A DNA stretch of 64,000 bases from Ginglymostoma cirratum (GCA_024137785.1 JAHRHZ010000217.1:4907013-4971012); one strand, 5' to 3'. Positions 37,451 through 50,585 are shown, counted from the first letter of the stretch. Notes: generated by a model from the letters alone, not told the origin. Numbers and translations: made by a program.

Positions 37451-38009
37451 GCTCCTTCAGTTGAAGGAGTACCACTGATCGAAGATGGCAGAGTTAATTA
37501 GCAATCTACAAAGGGCATAAAAGTGATTTGTCAAACAGTGAAAACTCATTGTACTTGCAAGTAACACAAATGAAACTACTGGTATCAGTTGGTATCCTGG
37601 GCTAAGAATGCACTGCGGCCAATTTTCTGCCAATTGTTTATTTTCTAAAGTTAAGGCAGAGGATACAATGACAGAAGCCCATGTCAGTGTCTGTACCTCA
37701 TTGTCTGTGAGACTTGTATAATTATTGTTTATGGAGACATGTATACGGCAAGGCAGAATTTTTAACATGGAATTGGCTAAATTGTATAAACAACATTCTT
37801 CAATGGAAGAAAATATAATTTAAAAGTTGTGTCCCTGCCCCTATAAAAACAAAAGTAAAAATATCCTGCCATATTCACTGAAACAGCTTTGAGTAGGCTT
37901 TTCACGGACCACTGGTGAAAGGGTCACAGGCTGGTACGGAATATTTGAATTTGTACCTATAAGGTGTTCTACCTGAGGTAAAGAAGGTCAGATTGCTTAT
38001 TTAAGCTGA

Positions 38010-38280
38010 CTCTTGACCATTTCAGGCCAGGACAGTTCAAAGTACCACATTTTAATAATAGATCTGGAGTTGCATGTAGGCAAAGCTATGTCAAGACAGA
38101 AGATTTCCTTCAGTAAATGATATTAGTGAATCAGATAACAATCAATGATGGTCAGTAATGAGACTAGATTTGAATTTATAGCAATTATGGTGGTGGCAAT
38201 TAAACCCAAGTCCTCAAAGTATTGTCCTGATCTCTGGATGACCAGTTCTGTAACATTGTCACCATATAACCATTGCTCCT
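38010..38280 (-). mobile_element. Degraded tRNA-derived SINE (family of 1272-1597)
   Basis: TCTGGAGTTGCATGTAGGC..AGATTTCCTT..AAACCCAAGTCC..TCTCTGGAT similarity. Confidence 0.55.
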
Positions 38281-38751
38281 TAAAGTCTTAGAAATACTTT
38301 GAAATTTGTTCAATGGTAGAAAATGAGAGATAATTCAGTAGCTGGTCTTATCTTCGTTTAGACTTTTATTCTATTTGAAGTCACCGGAATTAAAACATGA
38401 AAAAGAGATACTAGCTACTACTGATATTTTCAACAAAATACTCTGTCAAAATAACCAGTTTGTTCTGAGTTTGAAATTGAGTCCTTGTTCAGTTTTCTCC
38501 CTGACCTATGCCATCAGATAGACAGATGGGGTTCTAACCATCTCTATCAGGAATAATCTGAATCTCAGCCAATTTTGTTCCTAAGGAATGTTACAGTTCT
38601 ATCAAAGAATTATTTTCACATTTTGAGCAGCTTTTGGACTGCAGTGGTTTATATATTTGGTAACTGCGTTGCAGGCAAGTTAGTACGGGAGGGGGATACA
38701 TTGGGTGGGGGTTGGTGAAGAAAGTCAGCATGTTTGAGAGGGGTTAGTGTA

Positions 38752-38865
38752 CCTATTTTTCTAATCAACCCATTCGGAGGTGTTATTACCCACCAGAGCG
38801 GGTGGGACTTGAACCCAGGGCTCCTGGTCCAGGGCTCTTGGTCCACCATAAAAGAGCTCCAAGGA
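38752..38865 (-). mobile_element. Short (~115 bp) tRNA-derived SINE with TSD
   Basis: Reverse B-box GGGTTCAAGTCCC; direct repeat GTTAGTGTA at 38743-38751 and 38866-38874; homologous to 52328-52445. Confidence 0.65.
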
Positions 38866-39188
38866 GTTAGTGTAAAGAGCGGGCTTGAATTCGTTCCAAG
38901 TGAGCACTGTGGAGGGTCAAGAATTAGAGATATAGATTATCGTTTGGCCTTCAGGATATGGTTCCCATTCTCTTGAAAGTAGTTTTAGGTTGTGAGGTTC
39001 CATGAATGTTTGCAGCTGAAGCTATTCAGTGCCATGTGCTCATGTCTGAAGCATGGTTCAGAATTGCCTCCAAGACCTAATGACATCAATAGGTATAAAC
39101 TTAGGTGGAATAATAAGGGTCCTAACTATTTACAGTCCCAGTACAATTGACAGGACTTGAATGTTGGTGAGAAGGGTTGCTGAGTAAA

Positions 39189-39300
39189 TAAAACCAAGTG
39201 CTAAGGAAGGGTCACCCCAATCAAAATGTTAACTTTGAATTCTCTTCACAGTTGCCGCCAGACCTGTTGAGCTTTTCCAGCAATTTCTTTTCTTGTTTTT
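39189..39300 (+). mobile_element. Short PLE 3' end with vestigial inverted tail and TSD
   Basis: GGAAGGGTCAC..AAAATGTTAACT..CAGACCTGTTGAGCTTTTCCAGC; TSD GTTGCTGAGT(A/G)AA at 39176-39188 and 39301-39313. Confidence 0.7.
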
Positions 39301-40959
39301 GTTGCTGAGTGAAGTCTTTTTAAATTGCTCTGCTGTCCCTTTCCTGCTCTGGAGGGTAGACAGAAATGTTTCTTGTCAATCTGAATAGAGCGCTACAACA
39401 TTTTATTATTTCCTCGAATGATTTATGTTCTGTTGTGTTGGCTGCGTAGTTCAAAATTCTTTCTACTTTATTGATTACCCTGTGCATTGGTTGGACATGT
39501 TTTATACGTGTTGGCAGTAGGATTGAGGAATGGCATTATAGCTACCTGGCACAATGTTAAAGGAGCTGCTGAAACAGAGACACTTGAGGATCCATGTGCA
39601 GAAATATTTGCAGATAACAGGGCAAATTGAGAAGGCTTTCAAAAAGAATGCAGAATCCTGGGTAAGCCTAAATTTCTTTTTCAAAAATACATTCATAGGA
39701 TGTGAGTGTTGCTGGCTGGGCCAGCATTTATTAAGTTGCATTTGATTCTGTGTGCTTCACTTCAGAAATGATGGCAAAGATTTTTTTGGGCTACATTTTG
39801 CTGGATGATGAGGGTGTGAATTCTTCACCACCGAAGTGAGCCACAGATGTATTGAAGAAGCAATGTAACTTATCATAACATTAGGTGCAGCAAGGTTATT
39901 TCTGGTTTGATATGTGCATCATCTTGCTGGCAACTATGAAAGGACACCACACTTGGCACCTTCCGCCCTTGCCCCAGTTGGAAAGTTGGCTGGAAGGGAA
40001 GAAACCTGCCCCTTACCATAACATGCTGCAGGCTGGTTAAATTAGTTGAGAGTTGAACTTCTGCACATCACATTAAGGAAACTGTACCCTCCAAGGATGC
40101 AGCCTATCAGATTGTCCTGCAGCTCCTGCAGTCCTGAAACTACCGAAGATCAGTCGTGGGAGCAACTGGGACTGCAGGAAGATGCCTGAAGAAGGCGGAG
40201 ACTGCAGGGGAGAGGTAAGTCAGGGATTTTAGGGTGGTGAGTGATCCTAGGGCCCAGGGAGGTGGAAAGGAGGGAGTGGAAGTCTATGTTTTGGAGGGGA
40301 ATTGGTGTGGAAGGAAGTGGGGGTGCTGGATAATGGTCAGATCCCATGGAATATGTGACATTCAGCCACAATTGGAACTCATAGTTAGCCAGCAAGGTTC
40401 CAGAAATGTTTTCACCCATCCAACTCTACGCATACTTAAATCTGGTCAGCAGGAATCTTTTATTCAGGCACACATGTCTATCACTGTCCAACCTTAATAC
40501 AACATCCCAACTTGATGAGGGGGTGTGGGGTGGGGAATGGGGTGGGGGAGGTGGCATTGACAGCTTGAGGGGAGAATGTCTCCAATGCTGGCAGATCAGC
40601 CCCCAAATCAAATGACCCATTCCTTCCTGGTTTTGACCATCTAGGTCATAAAAGAATGAGCTGCCCACACCCAACTGCCTTCCTATCAAGGTTGTATTAT
40701 TGTATGGGAAGTGTATTATCCTGGAAAATAAGCTTGCCAACAAGCCAAGTTGAACTTTTAAGTTATTTATTTACGTATGGTGGGTGGGGAAACACTGCCA
40801 ATTTCAGCATAGAGCTACTTGCTGTATTTTAGGGGGTGCACAAATAAATGGTGGGTTTGATATCTGACACATTTTGCAAACCACACATCCTTTGTTGTCT
40901 GCCTTATTCCCACTGAAAGCAGTTTTCCCAATGTATCTAATATTCAATCCTTACACTGG

Positions 40960-41260
40960 ATGCAGAACAGATTTGCACATGATCAGTGAGGAAATTTCAT
41001 TATTTGGGGAGGTTGGATAAGCTAAAGATGTTTTCCTGATATCAAAGAGGTGATTTGATGGAGATGTTTAAAATCTCTAAGATTTTTCATCGAGTAAGTA
41101 AGAAACAAAACCTTTGTTCAATGGCTGAGGAATTGATATACTTAAGGATATAGATTTAAGGCAATTCACAAAAAAAATCAGAAGTGACAAGAGGAAACAA
41201 AACATTATGCAGTGGATTGATATGATCAGGAATGCAATGCCAGTCAAGGTGGTTATTTAT
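40960..41260 (+). mobile_element. CR1 3' relic
   Basis: QNRFAHMI, RGDLMEMFKI, GGATATAGATTTAAG, GGAATGC motifs. Confidence 0.6.
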
Positions 41261-41557
41261 TGTAGTTTCCATCAAGATGATGCACATATAAAACCAGAAA
41301 TAGTTTTCCTACACCTGATGTTATGATAAATGATATTATTTCCCCAATGCATTTGTAGCTCACTTCATACACAGATTCATATGTTTCCACTTGTCAGATG
41401 GGCTGGCCGCAGAGACAAAAATGGGAGGGGATGCCTGCAGATCCATAATAGAGCTGTCCAGATGTTCTTCCCGTTTGAATTGCCGATTCAAAAAAATTGG
41501 ACAGACCCATGTACAACCATACAATGTTTCCAAGCAAATGCTTTTCTCTGATTCTTA

Positions 41558-41800
41558 GAGATGCTGAATGCCTAAACAGTAAAAAAAAGGTACTGGAAAA
41601 GCTCAGCAGGTCTGGCAGCATCTGTGGAGAGAGATGATAGTTAACATTTTGGCTCAAGTGACCTTTCCTCAGAACCTCACTCGACCTGAAACATTAACTA
41701 TGGTTTCTCCCCAGTGATGCTGCCAGACCTGCTGAGTTTTTCCAGCTATGTCTGTTCTCGTTTCTGATTTACAGCATTTACAGCTATGTTGGTTTTTATT
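41558..41800. mobile_element. Fold-back PLE mini-element centred on hammerhead remnants
   Basis: Left arm CTGGAAAAGCTCAGCAGGTCTGGCAGCATC..TTCCTCAGAAC; right arm GACCTGAAACATTAACT..GATGCTGCCAGACCTGCTGAG plus tail. Confidence 0.8.
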
Positions 41801-42884
41801 TAAAGACAAAAATCTGCCCGGTGTTTCTTCATTAGATTCTTCAATTGATGAGGGTGTCGACCTTGCAATGTCAGCTGCTGAGAGCTGAACTCTTGTGCAC
41901 TAGATCTGTGTTTTGATCTCGCCTTTTGTTAGGTGTTTAGTCAGAGGTCTATGTCTCAAAGAAACGTTGTCATTCTTGATCATATTATCAGACGGAGTAC
42001 ATCATTGTGGCACATCAGTGTTCTTCAAAACAAAGCAAAGGCATTGAACTAATGTTCCCACCTTACAAAACATATTTTCGACTCTTTTGTATAAGGTACA
42101 ATTTACAGCAGTCAGTGTGCAATGGTTCAGTCTGTTCACCCAGCTACTGTGCAAAGACCAATGGCAACCTAGAGGTGAAGATTAATTGAAACAAAATATA
42201 AAGCTAATAAGGTGCTTGTGAAATTGGACTATTGATCCTTATACAAACTGGAAAGCACAATTTTCCACATTTTAATCTTCAGGAAGCAGCAAGCAGAAGG
42301 AAAGTAATGATGAAATCTGCTTGAAGTGCAATAAAATGAAACTCTCTGTCGCATAACATGCTGTGGGAAGGTGTTGTAGGCTGCAAAGTCATGATTGAAA
42401 TTGGCAGAATGCTGAGCTCCTAATCTTTGGGCAACTTGGGAATCATGCTGCCATCAACCAAGTTGGTTGGATGAAGTAGAACATAGTTAGATTTCGTAAC
42501 TACTCCTGAGTTGCTAATCCTTGCTGAGCTGACAGAAAATGCATATGTTGCTTTACTGCTTAAAAGAAAATCAGAAAGTGTGTTTTTCTGAGTTTTCAAT
42601 GGGAAACAGTAACAAACATGCATGAATAGGCAATGAGATGTGAATCCCAGCATGTTTGAGTTAAGGTGCAGAAAGTGTGAGAGTCAAGATGTCCCTGCAA
42701 AAAGGAACAAAACATCGTTCAACAATTCCAGGCTTCTTATTAGCTGTTTATGCAGCCTCATTTGCAGTTTTCTGGGGGCAGTTCCCTTGCCTTTTTCCCT
42801 GGAAATGGTAAATAATTTCAGCAATACATGAACAATGCATATCTTAAATTCCTTCTCAAGATTTAGTTCTGACTGGAAAGTCCA

Positions 42885-43140
42885 ACATTTATTGCCAATC
42901 TTAAAGTGTGCTTGAGAACGTGCTAGAAAGCTATCTTCTAGCCGTAGTCTACAAGTAGTTTGGAGTGTGGGGTGGGCAGGGGGAGGAGGGTGGTGGAAGA
43001 GAGAGTAGGTAAACCCGTAGTGCTGTTTGGGAGGAACTGAGCTTCGTCGGCTGGTCTAGAATTTATTGTCCATCACGAGTTGCCGTTCTATCTCTATTGT
43101 GGTTGCCTTCTTGAACCAGTGCAGCCCATTTGATGTAGGT
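42885..43140 (-). mobile_element. LINE 3' tail fragments (two partial copies)
   Basis: CATTTATTGCC..CTTGAGAA and ATTTATTGTCCATC..CTTCTTGAACC, same family as 6984-7157. Confidence 0.45.
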
Positions 43141-43436
43141 AAATGCACAAACTCAAAGAACACCCAAAGAACACCATTAAAACAGAGCGGAAAAAAATGG
43201 GCAAAAGCATTTTTCTATTCATATTGATCAAAATATCAATCAAATTGAAGAAGAATGTTAAATCATTTAGTGCTCACTATCAGAATCGGATTTCACTATC
43301 AAAGGATGTCGAACAATACTGCATCCGCTGTACCCGTTGTGGCTTCCTCTACATCGGGGAAACCAAGCGGAGGCTTGGGGACCGCTTTGCAGAACACCTG
43401 CGCTCAGTTCGCAACAAACAACTGCACCTCCCAGTC

Positions 43437-43836
43437 NNNNNNNNNNNNNNNNNNNNNNNNNNNNNNNNNNNNNNNNNNNNNNNNNNNNNNNNNNNNNNNN
43501 NNNNNNNNNNNNNNNNNNNNNNNNNNNNNNNNNNNNNNNNNNNNNNNNNNNNNNNNNNNNNNNNNNNNNNNNNNNNNNNNNNNNNNNNNNNNNNNNNNNN
43601 NNNNNNNNNNNNNNNNNNNNNNNNNNNNNNNNNNNNNNNNNNNNNNNNNNNNNNNNNNNNNNNNNNNNNNNNNNNNNNNNNNNNNNNNNNNNNNNNNNNN
43701 NNNNNNNNNNNNNNNNNNNNNNNNNNNNNNNNNNNNNNNNNNNNNNNNNNNNNNNNNNNNNNNNNNNNNNNNNNNNNNNNNNNNNNNNNNNNNNNNNNNN
43801 NNNNNNNNNNNNNNNNNNNNNNNNNNNNNNNNNNNN
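43437..43836. other. Assembly gap (400 N)
   Basis: Run of N. Confidence 1.
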
Positions 43837-44071
43837 CCCAAGCCACACCCCCATCTCCTATCTACTAACATCATCCCACCCCCTTGACCTGTCCGTCCTC
43901 CCTGGACTGACCTATCTCCTCCCTACCCCCCTACCTACACTCACCTTTACTGGCTCCATCCCTGCCTCTTCGACTTGTCTGCCTCCTCTCCACCTATCCT
44001 CTCCTCTATCCATCCTCTATCCGCCTCCCCCTCTCTCCCTATTTATTTCAGAACCCTCTTCCCCTCCCCCA

Positions 44072-44105
44072 TTTCTGATGAAGGGTTTAGGCCCGAAACG
44101 TCAAG
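44072..44105 (+). ncRNA. Minimal type I hammerhead ribozyme motif (PLE-associated)
   Basis: ttt-CTGATGA-A-GGGT-ttag-GCCC-GAAAC-GTC-aag; differs from the 21856 copy only in loop II. Confidence 0.75.
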
Positions 44106-46869
44106 TTTTCCTGCTCCTATGATGCTGCTTGACCTGCTGTGTTCATCCAGCCCCATGCTTGTTATCTCGAACAATATGTAACTGTGTTAATGATATATTT
44201 TTACTTCTGAATGTCCTGATAAGCCTCTTGACTGTTATGGATTTTACAAAGTCCAGGAATCAAGCTGTTGAGTAGACAATTGCAATCAACAAAGTGCTTG
44301 ACATCGGCTGACACCTGTCAATGTTAGCTGAAAGTCCTTGTATTACCATGAGGTAATGTAAGTATATAAACTGGGGAGAAAATGCAATCTGCTACAATAG
44401 AAGTCCTAAAATTATTATCCCATCTCAGATAAGCCTCCATGCAGAGAAGCAACTTCATCCCTCACTTGGGTTAGTTGGTAAGTGGGTGGGGGCAATTAAT
44501 CTAGGGGCAGGGTGGTAGGTGGAGATGCCACCACCTCCTCACTTCAAACCTAATGTTAGTCTGAGAACGGGTTGGCATTGTACTTCCAAGTGAGGCCCTT
44601 TAGGGGGCAGTTAACTTCCTGCTAATAGTATTAACCCGGAGGTGGTCAACACAGGATGTGCAACAAGCAAACCTCATGTACAGTTGCTTACAGACTTCTT
44701 GGGAGTGTGAGGAGGTGCCTCATTTAAACACAATCAAACAGTTTGGATCTGACCTAGGAAAAGGGTCCTGTTGTCAGCCAGGCCCTGATCTTGCTGCAGA
44801 ACTCACTTGCTCATGACTCCTAGACCATGTTCCCCTCCTGAGTTGCAACAGTGCTGAACTTTCTATACAGTTACTTCTTTGAACTCCTGCATCTCTTGGA
44901 TCTGCCTTCCACATTGAAACCATATTTCAATGTTCTTCCTAACTTCAGTTAGTGCTCGTTTCCTTTCTAACTTAAAATATTCTACTTTCCTCACTAATTC
45001 ATCATTTTATGTAAATCTATTCACCTCAATGTTCTTTCCATTGCCCCAAAATTTACGCAATCATGCTGCAACCAAAAAAAAAGTTCTAGGAGACAATGTC
45101 AGGACAATTCCACACTGGTCCCAGTATGAGTCCCCAGAAATAAAATTAATCATAAGATACTCATAAATAATTCATAAATGCTTGAGAGCGGGCTCCAACA
45201 ATTCTTCCATCTCCATGAATAGCATGATAAGCCCTCCCAAGGGGAACTGATATCCTGGATTCTGGATGCATCTCTGTCCTCTGGATGACATGATCCCAAT
45301 TCTAGTCAGATTGTTTCCATTTTCAGAGGGTTAATTAGAATATCAACACAAACAAATAAAAAAGAAGTCATGCTCACCAAATTTCATGATCCATGTAAAA
45401 GATTGCAAATCCAAGAGCCACAGTGTGATCAGAATCTAATGTGCGTATCCTTCTTCACATGATCAACAATAGCTTTGATGTGAATGTCTCATTTTTTGGG
45501 ACAGTTTTAAACTAACACATCCTTGCAGAAATTATTGAAGTTGGTTGCACTGCTATTCTCATTTGAAGTAAAATAATATCGAGCAGGATACAAAACCAGC
45601 ATTATGCCGAATCCCATCAGTTTCCTGAGGGGAGAGTTAGGTGAAAACTAGCCTCTTCGTCTGATTAAGTAATGAAAATGAGGAGTCATAAAGACTGGTG
45701 GTGTTAAGGGTGGAGGGTCATAAGGGAAAGAGATACTGACACTAAGGGATGATGGAAAGAGATAATCATGTTCCCAGCTGAGGGGAGAACAGAGCGATAA
45801 AGAATGAAACTGCTGCAGAGAATGAGAGTAAGAAAATCTGTGAATAACTGTCGAAGAAAACCATAAAATAAACCTTTTTGTAGTTTAATTTTGGAATTAA
45901 AAATTTCTTCTATTCTAAAAATGTGTTCCTTATGATGTTTACGGAGAAACAAATTGATTATGATGAAAGACTGACCAAACAGTGTCCTAAAGCAATCTCA
46001 TATCGGCATTTTACTGCAGCATAAAGTTTTGTTCCAAATTTCAAAGGTTATTGCCATAATAACTCTTACCTTTATCATCGTGAAGTGCACCTGTGTTCAT
46101 GTTTATTGTTTCTGAAAAGAGCTTTTCAGTGACTCGTTTACATTGTATCCACAGGATCCGATGTTGCCTCATAAGTACACTGTCTATGCTGGGATTTGGC
46201 GTAACTACAATCGACATAGTATGAGTTAGGTAAAGTTTTGAAAATATTTCAGGCAGGCCATTATGTAATCAAAAGTCAATCATCATATCAATCAGGAATT
46301 TGATTTTCCAGTTATTTGAGCACTATCCTTATTCAAAGGTGAATTGCAATCATTCCCACCTTGCGCTAAAATATCATTTAAGTACATGTAAATATGGGTT
46401 GGGAGGGCATATGTGAGTAAGTACAAAGAGGTGCATCAAGTTGTTTGAATAACTGAGAAATGTTATTGGTTGTGCGCAAGAAAAAAATTCAAATAACATG
46501 AAGTCAGCTTTAGAGCATTTATTTGTCAAACCGTATATTTACACAAGAGAATTTTTCGATCTAAATAATGATGGCCACATGAGAACCCGTAATTCAACAT
46601 ATTTGTGTCAATGGACAGTTAAATGTTGCTGTCTGAGCTTCTACAAAAGAAGCTATAAAGGAATATTAAAAAAAAACAAAATTTCCTCTGCAGTCTTGAG
46701 AGTATCTGCATCAAGTGAATTTGAGCACCCAATTGTGCTACTATTGGGCCTGGGTTCATGTAACTTATTTATCCACTTAACAATTGCTATACATGATAAG
46801 TAATTTATTTGGTGAAAGCACAATATAAATGAAATCATTATAAATTTGTACTGTTGACATTGATACCTG

Positions 46870-48300
46870 AGCTTCCAAATGTTTGGTCTGGGAAACAAAA
46901 TAGCACATGAGTATAGAGGAGCTAGAACTGGAAAGTTAGTACTGGAAATTTGATTTAGGTAGATAAGAGGCAGCTTCAATCAGAATCTAACCATGCTACA
47001 TCAAATATAGGAATGCTTGTGCTGATGCGAGGGTTAAATGTATGATAGCTAAATTGGTTAATGCGCAAGACAGACAGGAAGGTAAGTTGTCAAGAAGACA
47101 AAAATAAAACACAGAAAGAAAACATAGAGAGAGCTGTTCCAATTAGCAGCTGATATCGGGATTGGAGGTCACAGATTTAAGGCTTTGAGCAAGAGATAAA
47201 GGGATTGTGAGAAATGATATTTTTAACCAGTGATTGGTATTAAATTGGAATGCTCTACCTAGGAGGGTGGTGAAAATGGAGATTATCAATTATTTAAAAA
47301 TAAATTGCACTAGCACTTGAACTAGATTAGAGGTAGAATGGATTAAATCAGATTAACTGGGTTAGTCTACAAAAGATTCAGCATGAACTAGATGGGTCAA
47401 ATGACCCATGTCAGTGCGGTAATGTCCTGATATGACAAACCTAAAACAAAAGATTTTGATATCTTAAGTGAATGGGCAAAGATGCAGAAGATGGAACATA
47501 ATGTGAATAAAATGAACTTGTCTGGTAGGAAGAATAGAAATGCAATATTTTATTAAATAGGAAAAGAAACAGAACTCTTCAACAGAGAGAGACTGGGGTT
47601 TCCTGGTATGTGAATCACAGAACAATTTAGTATGCAGGCACGAGAAGTGGTTCAAAAGCCAAATGGAATATTGGCATTCACCAGGAGGTGTACTAAATAT
47701 AAGGTTGAATTTTACAGCCTCAGTGGGACCACATTTGGAACACTATGTACAACTTGGGTCTCCTTACTAAAAGAAAGGAGATATTTGCAATAGAAACATT
47801 TCAGAAAACAACACAAAAAAAAATCACTTGATTAATTTCTATGATGAAGGGGCTAGTTTATGAGGAAAGACTGAGCAGCTTGGACATATGCTCATTAGAG
47901 TTGAGGAATGAGAAACATTAAGGTCCTGAGGGGACTTGGCAGGTGGATGCTGAGAGGATGGTTTCCCTCACTGGGAAAAGTAGAGCTAGGGGGAACAATT
48001 ATAAAAAGAAAATATCTCCTACTTAAGACTGATGTGGAGATCTTTTCTCTCTCATAGGCTCATTAGTTGGCAGATTTCTTTTTCTTAGAGAACAGTGTAG
48101 GCTGTTCATATTGAGAAACATATTTAGTTAATGATATTAGTTAACATATTTGAGTTAAATTGATTTTTGATCAACAAGGAGTTAAAGAATTACAGAACAA
48201 GAGAAAGTGAAAAACTGAGACCACTGAGACCAGATCAGTCATGATCTTATTCAATGATGGGCCAAGCTTGAAAGGTCAAATAGCCTGTTGACCCTCATTC
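46870..48300 (+). mobile_element. Two adjacent old CR1 3' relics (~46870-47425 and ~47465-48300)
   Basis: GMIAK-like/GKVSCQED, GHRFK, WNALP; then LSEWAK, QRDWG, PHLEHYVQ, YEERLSSLD. Confidence 0.65.
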
Positions 48301-48699
48301 CACCAGAAGCAGACATAGTAGACAGATTTTCAGACTTAAATCCAATCAATTCGTCATGTTAAATTGATGCCTGCACTTCCATTTTGGAGCACAACACTCC
48401 AGCAAAATCATCCCTTTAACTTACAAAACTAAGCGTGTTTAGCAGCAAGAAGGATCCCCTGACTAGTTTTTTTTCAAAGGGGCCATCAATTTCTTTCAGA
48501 TTAGCTGCTGATTGATCTCTACTGGCTCTTATCATGATTGGAGAAGTGTTTTGTCTGTTTCAAGAGTAGTTGAATTTTGCTAATGTCTGCAGGGATTGAT
48601 TAGGTATGAGAATGTTTTCCTGCCTTAAAATATTCTGCACAAATCACTTTATGGGGACATGTTTCATCATAGACTTTAACATGGTAGGGAAAATGAACA

Positions 48700-49730
48700 G
48701 AGGTGACACAGAGGAGGAGTTCCAGGGCAAGATTTGGAGAAAGGGTCTCACCTGGAAACCATAACAGCTCAGGCACCAATTTTCCCACCTGAGCCTCAGT
48801 GAGGAACAATGTATCAGATATCCCTACTATACTGAGAAATTGTCCACTGAAATCTACCACTCACTGAACCCACAAATACTGCCTCACACAGGAAGGACAA
48901 CATTGCTAGTGAAGGTGACCACAGTGATAGCCATTTATGTCTCTGGCTCCTTCCAAGCTGGAGCAAGAAATGGTGTTCACCATTACTGCAGGTGGTTGAG
49001 GCAGTTACAGTTAGTCCAGCATCCTTGACTTCTCATTCACAGAGAGGTTATGGAGGGCCCAGATGCCAAGAAAATTGACTATATTTGCCTTACATGAAGG
49101 GAGGTTGGCAGTGTGAGCACAAGTATTGCAGTCATTCCTATCACACTGTTAATTGTACACACACCATTTTACTGAGCTGTAGATTAACTTGAAGAGATAC
49201 TGTAACTGCAATGGAGTTCATTTCTTCACTATCGGGGTATGTGACCACATGTGTTCTCACTTTGGTTAATTCCCAACATGCTGGTAGCAATCATCCATTC
49301 TGCATCAGAACACTGCGCCAGCCAAGTTTGAGGTAGCATGACAAAGGTGAGGGTGCTTGCAGAACGAAATGGACTTATCCAGTGACCAGATGGCACAAGA
49401 CATGAGGTATGCTGCCCATGTGCAGAGCGATGAAAGCCACACTGCTAAAGGAAGCATAATTTAGTAGCCCATTGAGGTTCTTAAGCAATGCTTTTGTCAT
49501 TTGGTGCATTCTGGAGGACCCCCACAGAACTCAGTGGATTTCTCAGTCAAGATTTATCACAATCTGTTACACACTGCACAACCTCAGCATCCAGGGTCAC
49601 AGAATTTGCCACTTAAATAATAAAGGCTGAGAAGGAGGACAAAGAAAAGGAGGAGGAAGAGAAAAGTGAGATGCAAAGGACAATATTAATTCTGGCTCAG
49701 CAGCTTGAAACAGTGAACATAGTTCCAATT
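48700..49730 (+). mobile_element. PIF/Harbinger transposase relic (HARBI1-like DDE nuclease)
   Basis: In order: LSEEQCIR, VKVTTVIAIYVSGSFQ, VNCTH, NCNGVH..VCDH, HAGSNH, IEVLKQCFCHLVHSGGP, ICYTLHNL, acidic tract; these match Harbinger transposase motifs. Confidence 0.8.
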
Positions 49731-50279
49731 CATCACTGGCCAATAGATCTACAACTTATATTTCCTGTGTTATTGACCATTAGAATGCTTCTTGGTCAGA
49801 TGAATGCCACTGTAAGACAAGCATTCCTAAGCAAATTTATAAACTAGTGCCTGTACTTTCATTTTAAAGTTCAAAGCTCCAGCAAGTGCCCTCCCTTTAT
49901 CTTATGAAACTAAAAATTTGTTTAGCTCCAAGAACGATACCCGTCCGACCAGTGTTTTCTTTTTCTTGAAAGTGATCATCAACTAGTTTCAGGTTAGCTA
50001 CTGATTGATATTTATTGGTTTTATCATAATTGAAGAAGTGTGCATACAATATCAACTACTTCAATTTGCGAATCCCCTTAATGTTTGTATCTCATGTGCC
50101 TTTGGCTGTTTTAGTGCTTCCAAACATTGCTACTCTAGGAATTGTTGTATGATTTGTTTTTGGTACAGCTCCTCCAATTCTGAACAATGCCCTAGACATT
50201 AATGAGGAGGACATGGGTGGATTGACTGTGTAGGATGTGCTTGCGTTATGTTCAGTGTTTTGGTCAATGCTGAGTATCG

Positions 50280-50585
50280 TATTTTGTTGTTAATTAGCAT
50301 TTCTAAAAGCAACTTGATACAAGTAAATGGCTTGCATGATATTTCAGAGGAAAACTGAAGTAGTTTGTAGGCCAGACTGTGTTAAGACAACAAATCCGTT
50401 AAAGGACATCAATAAACCACAAATTTATATGATAATCCAACAGTTTCACCCTCAGTATTTATAAATACTAGCATTTTATTCCATATTTAATCAAATTTAA
50501 ACTACATAGATGCAGCAGTAGGATTTGAAATCATATGTCTGTAACTCTTGTTCTCACCTCTGGATGACAGGCCCAGTAACAGGAC
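50280..50585 (-). mobile_element. Degraded tRNA-derived SINE
   Basis: GTAGGCCAGAC..AAGGACAT..GGATTTGAA..CCTCTGGAT..CCAGTAAC similarity to 52890-53232. Confidence 0.5.

Larger units (their letters stand above)
43319..44166 (+). mobile_element. Young 5'-truncated PLE (GIY-YIG part + 3' end) containing a gap
   Basis: CIRCTRCGFLYIGETKRRLGDRFAEH; near-identical to 21249-21950; TSD TCGAACAATA at 43309-43318 and 44167-44176. Confidence 0.95.

Noticed and set aside
38790-38850. tRNA gene
   Set aside because: B-box present but no cloverleaf; SINE head.
43143-44122. 156-261 aa ORFs
   Set aside because: Mostly X from the gap; the real part is PLE endonuclease.
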